This document shows, piece after piece, positions 25,255 to 38,137 of a stretch of DNA of 64,000 bases (within the stretch, counting starts at the first letter, position 1; the number at the start of each line of letters is the position of its first letter). A model generated the notes under the pieces. It was not told where the DNA came from and did no database searches. It saw nothing but the letters and a program-made list of their open reading frames with translations. The stretch spans positions 62,001-126,000 of the forward strand of contig JAYWIR010000015.1 of the NCBI GenBank assembly GCA_036172245.1, written 5' to 3'. The DNA is from Raillietiella orientalis (Eukaryota). A program made the translations under genes and the position numbers.

Positions 25255-25538
25255 TTAGAAATTTTCGTTTTCTAAAACAAATGTTATTACTTTGACTATA
25301 GTTTTTAATTGTCTTTTTAGCTTATGAAAAGCGAAGCGTTCAAAGTGCTTAGGAAATAATAGACGACTGATAGAGAGCTTGAGTAGGGGAAATTTTTCTC
25401 ATAAACAGTGATATGCTCAGGCTGAACTCAAATTCTTGAAATTTTTATCTTGAAGGGATAATGTGTTGTGTTACACTAAAAGAAGTACTCTTTATTTCTT
25501 AATAATTGCAAGTTATTTGTACTGTATATACTAAAAGA
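25255..25538 (-). pseudogene. NUMT: cluster of mitochondrial tRNA pseudogenes following cox3
   Basis: Anticodon arms aataa-cttgcaa-ttatt (TGC, 25501-25517), ttatc-ccttcaa-gataa (25445-25461) and tca-ctgttta-tga (GTT/Asn, 25399-25411), each preceded by a D-arm-like stem; more possible arms downstream. Confidence 0.6.
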
Positions 25539-26108
25539 CTATGCCCATAAGTATATGAATATAAATAGGAACAATCATACAATGTCTACGAAATGTCAAC
25601 ACCAGAGAGGGAGTTCGAATGATAGATGGTGAAGGCGAGTGATGAAGAATGTAAAAATTTGAGCTATGGATAAAGTAAGGCAGATAAGTCCAGCAAATAT
25701 GTGTAAACCATGGATTCCTGTAGCGATGGAAAATGTTGAAGCAAAAATTGAATCTGTAATAGAGAATTCGAGTATGAAGTATTCTATGGCTTGAGTTGTA
25801 AGCAATATTAATCCCATTGTGATAGTAACAAGTAGGGATAAAAATGAGGGAGAACAACTTTTTTTTAAGAGAGATTGATGTGTTCAACTTACTGAGATAC
25901 CTGATCTTAACAGAAGAATGGTATTAAATGGAGAAACCTCTATGGAATAGGGTAAGACAAGATTGGGTGGGGGTCAGGAAAATCTAAATTGTGGATTGAC
26001 TCTTAGTCTAGAACGGAAAAATCATCAAAAGAAGGAAACGAATAAAGAAAATTCTGAGATAATAAACATGATTATTGAAAATTTAAATGTTTTTATTATT
26101 TTTATTGG
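25539..26108 (-). pseudogene. cox3: NUMT: 3' two-thirds of mitochondrial cox3
   Basis: With TGA=Trp it reads MFIISEF, NTILLLSSG, QAIEY, ATGIHGLH, WHFVDIVWLFL..YLWA*; AT-rich, with frame disruptions. Confidence 0.93.
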
Positions 26109-26109
26109 C

Positions 26110-26500
26110 AGTCAGGCAAAAGTCATGAGTCACCATCTGCATCGCAAGTACTGCACACACACAAGAACGTTGCATTCATCTTACGGATGCTCAGCTCTCC
26201 TTATCGATCAGCTTTTCTGCTTTCTCAAGGCAAACGACCTCTCGAGTCGACAATTCTTCAGGAATACCCCTCAGGCAAGATACACGGATGTATTTAAACT
26301 GGAAAGCGACCAGAATCGCTTTCCGTTTAGCTTATGAAGCGAATCCGAGGAGGTGGATTAGCAGAGAAGCGAATTACATCCGGATGATGTTCGCTATCTG
26401 CTTCGATGTTTCCAACAACGCCCAAGTACATCAGCAATGTATCCAGCAGCAGTACGATGCTCAGCAAACCCCCTCCGATTTCACTAGAGACCGCTTGCGT
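26110..26500 (-). mobile_element. Very decayed ORF2 fragment (RT thumb region)
   Basis: LMYLGV motif followed by weak similarity to the post-RT region of copy D. Confidence 0.4.
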
Positions 26501-26514
26501 GGGGGCCCCAACGG

Positions 26515-27010
26515 CAGCAGGTGAGGAGAGGGAGGATCCCCCTCACCCGCTTATGTATTGCGTTGCTCTCAGGCTTCCTGGTGGTCAAGCTTTGTGCCCA
26601 CCTTTGAAATGCCGGTGGACAATTGCAGGGGCGTATCGAAGTGCTCCTTCGAGAGTGATGCTGCTACCGCCAGCCGCGTCCCTAGCAGATCTTTGCTGCT
26701 TTAGCGCGATCGTCGCGGTCTGCTGCGACGCCTGGGAGACAGGGACGCGCCATCCATCTGCGTGGTCATTAGCTTCCTACGAAAATCATTAAGATGGTCG
26801 CAGCTGGTAAGCGTTCAGCAACACCCCGCCGGCACCTTCGAAAAGATGCAGAGGAGCAGCCAGTGATCTTTTCTCGTTGCTTCGAAAGGTTTTCCTCTCA
26901 TTTATTTCTATTTGCTTTTTCATTTTCTTTCCGTTCTTGCTTGTCTTTCTCCTACTCTGCTGCGGACCAGCGAACCTCGCTGGTCTGCGCACCTCCTTCG
27001 CGGCACTCCT
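26515..27010 (+). mobile_element. 3' fragment (copy G) of the D-like family with partial 3' UTR
   Basis: REDPPHPLMYCVALR and AASLADLCCF match copy D; AGTFEKMQRSSQ* is followed by a T-tract and ctgctgc..gcgaacctcgc as in copy F. Confidence 0.75.
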
Positions 27011-27049
27011 TCCACCAGCTTTGTGAGTGACTTTTCCACAACCAAAGCC

Positions 27050-27350
27050 CCGGCTCACCTTCGGATGACCAGCATCCTTTCGAGGATGCAGGTAAGTTTT
27101 TCTTTGTGATGTGATGTGTGAGATGCGACCTTCTCGTGGTGCACCTCAGATGGTGATAACGTCCCTGTTCTGGTTTCTTCCGGCGCAGCTTTTCTTCTCT
27201 CCGCAACGGCTACGAGGAGGCGGAACAGAGCTGCGATGGCCGGGGTAGGCGACTCTGCGCCACAAGTGAGAGCGCGTTTCACAATGTCCTTCTGGTTGTC
27301 CTTTGGGGGTTGCAGAATGCTCCCCAGACGCTCAGGAGGGCAACACACTT
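27050..27350 (-). mobile_element. 3' ORF2 fragment (copy H), tail-to-tail with G
   Basis: HHKEKLTCILERM matches the family C-terminus RMKLAGILERM. Confidence 0.55.
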
Positions 27351-28339
27351 GAACAACTCGAGAGACATCTGGGTTTCTGTATGAAAACTTTTCATATCTA
27401 ATTACTCCTCAAGTCTCATGTACTACTCCCGAGAACCAACTGTTCCGAGGCTTTAATAAGTGGAGTTTTTTGAGTTTTTGGAAAGCACTCATAATTTCAG
27501 TAGTAGGTTATTTAAGTCTACGGTAATCCAAAGAAACAGTCAGTTATCTGTAAGGCGTTCCACATAAACTATTGATTGAGACCATTCGAAACTCTTTTTA
27601 ACACTGATTTATTACAACTGCGGAGAATATGAATGAAATTCTTGAAAAACTTCATACTATCCACTTCTGTCCTGATAATTGTCCATTAATTAGCCGATTG
27701 CTTTTGTTTTCTTCTTATTCTAAAATACTGATATCTCCAGATCTTCGATCGAAAGTCGGCTGGAGTCTGTCCCGTTCATCTCTCTGAAATATTTGTCATA
27801 TTCTTCTTCCCTTGCACTCCGTTATGCTGTAATTTTGTAAATCACTGTTGTTGTACTAAGGCTGCTGCGTTATCTATGAAGACAACTAATTAATGTTTGG
27901 CGTAAAGAACGTTCGGGCTGGAATCACAGCTACACGAAAAATGTAAACGCTTTTGACGCTTACATCTTCGAACCTAATAGGCATAAGTAGATACAATTTA
28001 TGCTGCATCCGTTCTTATCTAGCTCCAACTAGTTTCTTTCGGGACAGTACTACTGCTGAAGAGGATCACATCATTTCTTTCTCAGCTCTCCGAGCGATGA
28101 GGTCGCCTTGGCTCTTCGAGCTCTCTCAGCCAAACATGTATTACGGGGCATAACGTAGCAACAGAATAATAATGTACCAAAGATGGAAGCGGGACATATG
28201 CGACAGATATGAAGGAGAATCGAAAACGTAAACGTGAACAAGATTACGAACAGCAAGATGAGGATGCGCAGCTGCCGACGTCCAAGGGACCAAAAGGAAT
28301 CCAAAGGGTTGAGCGAGAAATTATATATCAGCAAACAGG

Positions 28340-31300
28340 CATATCGAAGTTCCTAAATAATCCGTTCGGGAACAAGTGTTCAGTGTTTCTGATACACTGT
28401 GGTTTTTGATAATATGCTCTCAAAATACGAAAGCCTGGTCATTTATCTATTTTGCGTGTAGAAATTCCAGAGGACTCTGAGAGTAATGTAGAGAATGAGT
28501 AGAAGAGAATGAATGAATAATTTCTCTGTAATGCTTCCTCCGGAAGTTTAGATGCGGGAAGAGTACCATCGTTGTTCTGAAACAAATACGTTAATGTACA
28601 TCCTCGATTTCCCACTCACACATCTCCTCTAGCCTGTATAAGTAAACGTCTGGTCCCTCCAAGATTCCCGTCCATCCAGATCAGGCGTTTAAGATTCGAA
28701 ACAGGCAGCTATGGTGTCGTGGGACAAGTGATCACTGTTCCAGTAAACGTGAATGATATGGTTACTGAACTGTCACTGACTTTGGAAGACGATTAGGATT
28801 TCTACATTCATATTAAAAAACATATCATGCATAAATCGAGTCAATTGCAAGGATGTGTTAAGAAGGAAACAGTCAAAGCTTGGTTGAGGTACTTGATCAA
28901 CATATCGCTATACAGGATCGCGACTGACCGCCAACTCCTAGCCTCTCCATCTTCGAATGCAACTCAATCAGCAAACGAAGTTGAGGGAATTGAGCCGTCA
29001 GACAGTGAGATCGATTTACTTATGACTCAAAAGCATACTTTGCAACTGAACAGAATAAATATCAATTGTTCCAAGACAACATAACCAGTCTATCTCGATC
29101 GTTTACGACGAACATTCCGCCGAGTTGTCATTTCCATCTATTTACTTAGTACACACGCGAAGTTACACAGCTCGATATATTGAGCATAGAGCTGAAGATC
29201 TTGAGACTGAGAATAACTGAAGCTTTCGGTTTGATATTCAAGGGCTCTGGAGAGACTTCTCACATCACCACACTCCAGAGCGAAGGATCGATCAACAGTT
29301 TGTCAAAGAGTCTGTGGACCGAAAACGTTCGTTTCCCAGATCCATTCCTAACACTGGGAACTACTGGAAGCCAAGAAAACATGTGATGTGTGATGAGACA
29401 GCTAAGAAAGTCATCTACGGTTTAAACATTGAGTGCATTGGCTTCATCTGGAAACTTTACCTCGTCTGAGTACAAATCAAGATCCGATGACTGCTCTTCA
29501 GCGAACAAACATAGTCCATGCAGATTCTGTTACTTGTGCAGCTTGTTTTAACAGGCTCGTGAATGTTATGATGCAAATCTTACAGTAAAGGAAAACTCTG
29601 TCCACTTGGTCGAAATCGAGTGATCAGCTACTGAATAGAGTTTCAACATCGAGGCATCCGAACGTGCGTATACTGTTATAGTTGGAAGGTAATCCGAAAG
29701 AAGTTGTTTCCGATGGGATGCCAAACATCGTGACATTGTGATAGACGATGCTTGTAGACATGATTCTGTGCCTCTTCCAACTTTATATTCGAACCAAGTA
29801 CATAAGCATACATCCACTTGTTACAAGGAGAATGATGACAGATGAAGTTTCATGTCCTATATTGGTCTATATACGAAGCGAAAATATTAATGCCGATGGA
29901 TTTATAAAAACAATCGTAGAACGAATTTTAAGCAGAAATTTAAACAGCTTTAAAAGGATCTAGAAGAAAAGCATTACTAGTCAAGCGATCAATTTCTTTG
30001 AGAACATAACACCTCCATGAAAACGCATTTAAACATGAAATTCGTTGTAAATCATTCGTTCAGGATTGACTACACCCATAGCCCCGACGAGGGAGAGGGA
30101 AAAAAAAGAACATAGAACAACTCCGGACCAATACCTTTAATCTATGAGATAGTTTCCGTATTGAATTCTGATATGCACTCACAGTTCATTTTAGAACATT
30201 CGTGTGCATCATACGTAGTTGAATACATCAACACCGCCCGAGGCATCTTCATATGAGTCGATCAAATCGCAAGAGTTTCCTGATAAAGACTATACTTATC
30301 TTTTGGAACAGAGGAACTTAAAATGTTATACAGCGTAGAGATGAGTGCCCAAGAGGCTGCATGGCATCTGCTTCGACAACCTATGTATGAAGAGAGCAGA
30401 GAAGTCGCTTATGTACCGAACCATGTGGACCCATCAAAGACAAGAGAATAAGAAAAGTAAGAGATAATAAGATCGAAAAGAATATAGAATATGATTCAAC
30501 TGAGGCACATAAAATGAAAACATCATTTAGAAATACGAGAATTGTTCAAAAGAAGGCGAACTTCAAGAAATCTGTTCAGCAGGTGTAATATTATCGAGAA
30601 GTATAATATCATCGAGAAGAGATGCAAGATTCCAAAACAGATAAACTAACTCTTGTACAACAACTCGTCTACACTGTTTTATCAACAGTTACAAACATAA
30701 ATGGTCTATATCTCGCAAACCAGACGAAGGACTTCACATTCTGTAGTGGTCGAGAATATGACTGCTGAGATGCAACATCGCCCAACTGAGTTAAAACGGT
30801 TGGATCACTATCGTCTCAAAACTCTCCGTTGAAGCAATGCAGTTTTTGGAACAAGGCTTCATCATTCAACGGTTTTGGAAATTAAGGATGTTTATTGTTC
30901 AAAGCATGAAGCTTCATCACGAAGATGCTGCTACTGACACGATACTTGCCCAGTCACTTATCCTAGCAGTAACTGAAAATTGGCCCAGGAACCATCAACA
31001 AGTTGATTTGCGCAGCTGTAAATGCATTATTCAACTCAAAAAGACAGTCGCGGTCTACAATGAAGAATGACAGTGATGATCTTGATGTGTACTTCGCACT
31101 CTTTAATGTCAGTTCACCAAGATGATCATATGGGACAAATGACACTAAAGGATCACGTCTTTGCTCTTCTGGAGTTGAAATCGGAAGATCGACTTGGTTG
31201 TTAGCTACTGCCTAGGTTACTCCGAACTCGACTTCAGATCAAACTGAATTCTTCGCTGGTAATGTGGCCATGTTTTCGCTCAGGTTCTCTGAGATGTTTC

Positions 31301-31560
31301 CAATAGCGAAGAACTTCAGTGATCCAAGTATGCCCATCGCATCGGCTGGAGATTTCAATGTAGACATCAAGAAAACAGAAAATGTAAAGTGATGCAGATG
31401 ATTTTCATCTGAAAACTTGCATCAGACCTGTGAATTTTACAAAGAGCGGTCAAACTATGTAGGGACTTGATTTTTGCTCGCAGCTTGGAAAGATGTTAGT
31501 TGGTTCAATGATGCGTCTTGCTTTAGTGACCCGAGGCTCTTGTTGCCTGTTGCAAACAAA
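28340..31560 (+). mobile_element. Decayed, internally deleted Helentron/Helitron2 (Rep-helicase-APE endonuclease)
   Basis: In order: NNPFGNKCSV; RLVPPRFPSIQIRRLR..YGVVGQVITVPVNVN; VKAWLRYL; YDEHSAELSFPSIYL; CASYVVEYIN; EMSAQEAAWHLLRQPM; helicase motif VI-like QQLVYTVLSTVTNINGLYL; APE-like VTENW and AGDFNVD. Confidence 0.85.
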
Positions 31561-34500
31561 ACAAATGACACTGAAAACAACGAATCAACTTACCACCGTC
31601 GGTTTTTCCTCTTGAATCGATACAGTATGTTGTCTTTGTAGTTATGAAAGTCCGTGTGAAATGAATGTCAACTGAAACCAGAACAGTTTCATCAGACTTT
31701 TCAGAGGAGCCGCTGAAGAGAAGTGTTTGCTAATCTGCTGCATCTTTCGTTTTTAGATTTAGCCTGGCAGCCATTTTTGGATTTATGAGATGTTTCGTCA
31801 TAAAACATTAGTACTGAAACTAGTGTGTCGCATGCACAAATTTTCAAAGAGCCGTTCGTTTTTGTCTCCATGATACTCAAATTGATCAAATCCAAACATA
31901 TGTTTGCATTTGATTTTGGTTTGTAATGGATGCTGTTTTCCCTTTCACTGCGTGCTTTCTAAGCCAATAATAAAGTGCTATAAAAACGAAACGTGCCTCT
32001 GTACAGAATTTTTACTGTATGCACTTTCCGTCCTCACGACTGTGAGCGTTGCACATGGTACTTTTCTGCTGAGTTCGTTCGTTGCGTCGAAAGTTACACT
32101 TAAAGAGATTACACAAGAAATGATTGATCTATGTTCTTGAATTTATGATGGAATCCTGCAAAGCCATGGAGGGCAAAACGTTTCACCACCGAATTTTTTC
32201 GTCTACGAAAAGCAGTCAGAATCTAGGAAATTCAACCCCATCCTGCTGATTTGTTATTTTCAGATACTCTTATGATTAGGCAAAGGGAACATTCTAAGGA
32301 TGCAATTAGAAACCAATGTCCATAAAACGACTGCTTGCCTCCTTTGACTTGTTAAACCTTGGACGAAAGAGTGGCTTTTAGGGTGTCAGTAAAGCAGAAC
32401 GAGAGAATCCTCCGATTCGGCTCTCAGAAGTGATTCTTTCTTTCCTTCTTTTTTGTTCAGAATAGGCCTAGAAGAAATGCTTCATCCTTGTGTGGAAACG
32501 CTGTCATCATCATTGTTGGTATTTCTTATTAATTATTCAGAAGTTCTTACATTAACGTCCAGTAATAACATTGTCTAATAGGGCTCCTCATTCAAGCATT
32601 TCATTTTAGGATATGCAAAATATGCAAAAATGGAACAAACCCCATAAAGAAGGATTCTCAAAATGTTGAATTGATTTTCTCTTGTTTTTAAAGTTAATTG
32701 AAACTTCTGTGTATGCCAAAGTGTATACACAATTATAAATACATATTTGCATGTTATTGAATTCGTAGATTTCCAAAAAAGAAAAAAGAAAACATTACTT
32801 GGAAATCTGCACCTCAGTTTGGGATGAAATTTTATCGATTCGCACGTTTAAACTGGCTCTTCTGAAGATATGTGAAGCGAAAACTTGAGCAAAAGAGGTT
32901 TCTCTATAAAAGAGAATTCAAGATTTGAAAAGATTTTTAAGAACACATTCAGGATTTTCAAGTTGACTTCATAAATTTTCACTGTTCATTCATAAAATGA
33001 CTGTTTATCTTTTAGAATGAAAAATTGTGAACCAAGTATTGTTAAATCAGAAATTCCGTTAATCTTAAGTGAACCATTTCTGAAATAGTCTGAGTTGTTC
33101 AATGAAAGGAATAAAAATGTGAAATATTTCCTCTAGAATGGAAACTATGAAATGAGTATAGGAATCCCAAAACCATGTTGAAGCTAGAACATCCACATTA
33201 AAAATACTTAGTTTTGCAGTTTTCCAGTGAGAAGAAAGACTCATATGAAAGCTGTTGTATGCACAGAAAAGACAAACATTCTGAGACAGTTCATCTGTGA
33301 AAGGTCTTTCCATACCTTTTTATGCACCTCCTAGCAAAGCCCAATGAACCTGAAACTTGGTCGCAGTTTCTTAGAAACTTTTAAGTCCACCCTTTAGAAA
33401 TTCGTCCATCGACTATGTCAGCGTTGCCAGGGAGTACAGTACTTTTGTCTGGATGTGAAAAATTCTCCCCAAAATGAATAATCAAAGGTAGAAGAATTAT
33501 TTGAGACCGAAGTAAAAAACATGCAAACATTATAGTATTTCTCATTTCTTAGAAAAAAAAAAATATTTGCTATTCTCTTGTTTTGATTCTCATGACCCCC
33601 TCATGATATTGCTCGCAGAGATTATATTGCTCGATATGTTTGTATCTATATATCCACATATCTATATCAATATACATGCATCCATCCGTTCATCTATATA
33701 TATATGGAACAGATGCTATATTTGGTTGTGTTCTTTATTTCTGATGGTCGTACCAAAAATTACGTCATTTTTGAAATTTCTCTTTTTATCACTGTGCCAA
33801 TATGATTTCCTTCAAGTTTCTTCTGTGTTGTAAATACATTTTCATTTACGTTTCTGTCCCTTTGGTATATTAAGTACAGTTAACTTCTAGTTATTGAGAA
33901 ACAAACAGATATTAGTGCTTAAATACTTTCGGATTGTGCTTTCTTTAAGCAGTATGATCTTAAAGAGTCAAAGGGAAAAAACTCATTTGTTTTCCCATGA
34001 AAATCAATTATTTTATCTTCTGATGAACTGACCAATGCTATTGGTACTATCTTGAAAGTAAATTCTCATATAAACACCATGCCATTCCTTCAGTGCCACT
34101 CAATGAATGGTATCACACAAAATTTACATTTAACACTGTTTTGCAAAAAAATAGGTATAACTGTCTCCATGTTCAAGTTTCTTCATAGGCTGCCTAAATC
34201 AGCATATTATATTGCACACGTACCAGTCGTGAAATTTTATCCTTACACCATGATTATAAAAATTCAAACGAAGAAAAACGTCAAATGAGGTTTCGTTAGG
34301 ATTTCTACTTGTGAATCTGATAAGGAGTGTAGGAAGATGAATGACACAGGGAACTGTGTTTTGCTAGGAAAATCACCATGCAAATGAATCGTATGAATAA
34401 ATGTTGCTGCAGAGATGCTAATTCTAACCATTATCACAAGTATTTTTCATAAGCATAAATTTGACAAGAGCATAAATTAGAGAAGAAAATTCGTCCGTTT

Positions 34501-35991
34501 GCTAAGAACAAATATCAAGAACGAGGCGCGAGGAAAATACCTATTTGGTCTCAGAGCTCCGAAATAAAGTATTTACAAATGGAAAAACAAGTATTAGGGA
34601 TCCAATGTGTGAAGCAAATATGCACATGATGAGTGATAACTACTACGATGTAAACAACAACTTTGAATAAGCTTTTTTTCCTAAACGATTAGCGATTTCG
34701 TATTCAAAGATCAACTTGTGTACTATTCAAAAGAAGCTAAAATAAGTGGTTTTATTTTTTCTGTTGGACGATTACTTTCTACAGCCTTGTTACAGAACTA
34801 GTTCTAGAAAGCATCAATGCTCATTTTATTTCACTGGAATAGCCAAGGCATAATACCAAGTAAAAAAAAAATGATTTTCCAGCTAATCACAGAGAGCAAT
34901 CAAAGCACTTTAGTAATTAGAAATTTTCAAGTGAACTATAAATATTTAAACGAATCGTTTTCCTATGCTTGCCTCCTATGTTTGTATCAGTTTCATCACC
35001 ACTACTTTTCTATATTATAATTTATAATGATTGAGACAGTTTAGTTTGTTCTACTTTAAGTACTTTGATAAAATGCTTTACGGTGATTACAATGCCAATA
35101 TTTTTCTGATCGAATTCATTGTAAGCAAAAGATCCTCTATGAATACATTTAATGTATACAATAATTGAACCCCGCATCAACTATTCGTTCCTTACGAATA
35201 CCAAAGCACTCCGCAAAAATTCATAGCGGATGTTATAAAAAAGTAGAAAACGAAAGTCTACATCGTGTTGTCCCATAGAACTGTTTCATTAAAGTAGAAT
35301 TCACGAAAAAGGCTCTTCTATGGGCACTAGAAGCAGGTAGTCAATTACGCTTCGAAACTTGATTTTTTTGTTTTTTTTTTTTTAACTGCTGCTACGTAAC
35401 ATTCACTGCCGGTAGCTATGCTACTTTTTTTGTTTACTTTCCTGGTTTGAGTGCGAAGAAACATGCTTCTAGATGTGACTGAAGTTTCTCGTCTCATATG
35501 TGCCCCTCGTATGTGTGTATATATTTAAAATGTTTTAGCAGAGTTCAAATCTAAAAGGTAGTTTGCGTGGAAACCTTAAATAGGGCAAACACAAGTTTAC
35601 TGCCATTACGTGATAACCGCAAATTCTGTCAGTATTCTTTTCAAGCTCTTCTGTTGCATTATGGCGCATTTTATTATCCATGCAAATGTAGCATTTATAT
35701 CATGCAAGAGTACAGTTAGAGCAGTTGCAGCACTATAAACGCATAGGGTACTATAGGCATGCATTATGTACGGCAAAGTGAATATTGTACATGTACGTAC
35801 ATAGGACTTGAGGTTTCAGAATATTTAGTTCGAGCTGATTTTTTGTACGAAAATAGATCTCGTAAAATATGTAATTAATTAATAATCCTTGTTTGCTTGA
35901 TGTCTTATCGTGAAAAAGAATTTCATTTTCAATGTAAAAAATCCACGTGACTTTGCAGTTGAATTTAGTGTCATGTAAAATACTAAAATCC

Positions 35992-38137
35992 ATGAATATG
36001 AACGTCCTGAAAATATCCACGTACGTGACTCCCCTTAGGAAGGTCCTCACTAATGAATCCGTGTACTGCTTGACCACTCAGGTAAATACAAATTTTGTAG
36101 GAACGTAAGAAATTTCTTTATGTAGAACCAATGCTTTAAGTGCTTTTTTTCTACATCTCCTACATGCAACGTTCAGTTTTACAACGGTTGCTGTGATGCT
36201 GTAAAAGATATTCCTGATGGTGCCAAACTACTTGTTGGAGGTATACAACTGGTTTCTTAAACATGGAATCAGCAGTGGTCTCTGAGTTTGTTTTCATATG
36301 CACTATTATGTAACAGTTGATTCATTTTAAGAGTTTTGGAATGCGAAAAAGTTATGAAAACCAAACTGGTTCATGCCCTAGTGATTAGGATTTTTGATAG
36401 TTCATCATAAGGATTGCTGAAATAAATTATTTGATTCCAGGATTTGGCCTCTGTGGTATTCCTGAAAATCTTATAGCTGCCTTACTTGAAAAAAAAGTAA
36501 AAGATTTGACTGTTGTCAGTAACAATGCTGGTGTGGATAATTTTGGTTTGGGACTTCTATTAAAGCAAAAGCAAATCCGTCGTATGATTTCTTCATATGT
36601 TGGAGAGAATGAAGAGTTTCGCAGACAATATTTGGAGGGTGACTTGGAACTAGAGCTTACCCCACAGGTTTGATAATTATTGCCAGTTTGATTTGATTAA
36701 CACAGAACAGGGTACACTGGCAGAAAGAATTCGTGCTGCTGGAGCTGGAATACCTGCTTTTTACACCCCTACTGCAGTGGGTACAATTTTACAAGATGGT
36801 GGTTATCCTATAAAATATGGAACTAACAATCAAATTACCATCTTCAGTAATCCACGTGAATCAAAAATATTTGGTGGCAGGGAGTACATTTTGGAAGAAG
36901 CAATTCATGGAGATTTTGCACTTGTGAAGGCTTGGAAAGCTGATAAATGTGGGAATATAATTTTTAGGTTTGTGGATTTGGATTACATATTGCTGATGTT
37001 ATTGTTTAATGTATAGAAAAACAGCACAAAATTTTAATACAGCCATGTGCAAAGCAGCTAAGTGCACTATTGTAGAGGTAGAGGAAATTGTACCTACAGG
37101 CCAGATTTCTCCTGAAGATGTAGATGTGCCTCACATTTTTGTACATCGTTTGGTGAAGGGACCAAAGTATGAGAAACGTATTGAAGTAAGATGTGCAGTA
37201 AAGAAATGATTAATCATTTTTTTCTTTGAAGCGCTTAACTTTAAAAAAATCTTCTACTGGAGAATCTTTGCTTGCAGCTACACCTGCAGCTAAAATGAGG
37301 GAACAAATTATCCGCCGAGTAGCTTTGGAATTTAAGGATGGCATGTATGGTATGTGTTTCACTGAGAAATTCATTGACTAAAATACTTTTAGTTAACTTG
37401 GGAATTGGGATTCCTGTTATGGCCAGCAACTATATTCCAGCTGATATATCAGTTACTTTACACAGTGAAAATGGAATTCTAGGTCTTGGTCCTTTTCCTG
37501 ATGAATCAGATGTAGATGCAGATTTGATCAATGCTGGAAAGGAAACAGTAACTGCTTTACCTGGAGCATCATTTTTCTCAAGTGATGAAAGTTTTGGCAT
37601 GATAAGAGGGTTAGTAAAGCATGATAATTGTATGTGCCATGTGCGTAGGGGACACATAGACCTGACAGTGCTGGGAGCCATGCAGGTATCAAGGACAGGA
37701 AGTATTGCCAATTGGATGATTCCTGTGAGTTAGTTTGAGCATTATTTAATAAACAATGCTGGCTTCTAGGGAAAGCTGGTTAAGGGTATGGGTGGTGCTA
37801 TGGATCTGGTATCAGCTCGGGGAGCTGGCACACGTGTTGTTGTAGCCATGGAGCATACTGCTAAAGATGGTTCACCGAAAATTCTTTCAGAATGCACACT
37901 ACCTCTTACAGGACGTGACTGTGTGGACTTGATTATTACAGAAAAAGTATGAACCCTAAACATAGTTAGTAATTTTGTTTTTTTTTTGTTTTTCAGTGCG
38001 TATTCAGTGTAGACAAGGATAAAGGTCTTTTACTGGAAGAGTTGTCAGAAGGAGTTAGTATCCAAGATATTGTTGACAGCACTGGGTGTGAGTTTGAGGT
38101 TTCTTCTGATGTGAAACCTATGAGACAGATCTTATAG
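35992..38137 (+). CDS. OXCT1: Mitochondrial succinyl-CoA:3-oxoacid CoA-transferase (SCOT), 10 exons: 35992-36081, 36126-36240, 36441-36667, 36711-36967, 37017-37185, 37232-37349, 37393-37609, 37649-37724, 37770-37946, 37997-38137
   Basis: GT-AG splicing gives a continuous frame with [38 protein letters not shown], catalytic [13 protein letters not shown] and KGMGGAMDL. Exon 1 (presumed transit peptide) is less certain. Confidence 0.95.

Noticed and set aside
35463..35560. Possible upstream mini-exons of OXCT1
   Set aside because: Would need a 30-nt intron and has no homology support; the ATG at 35992 suffices.
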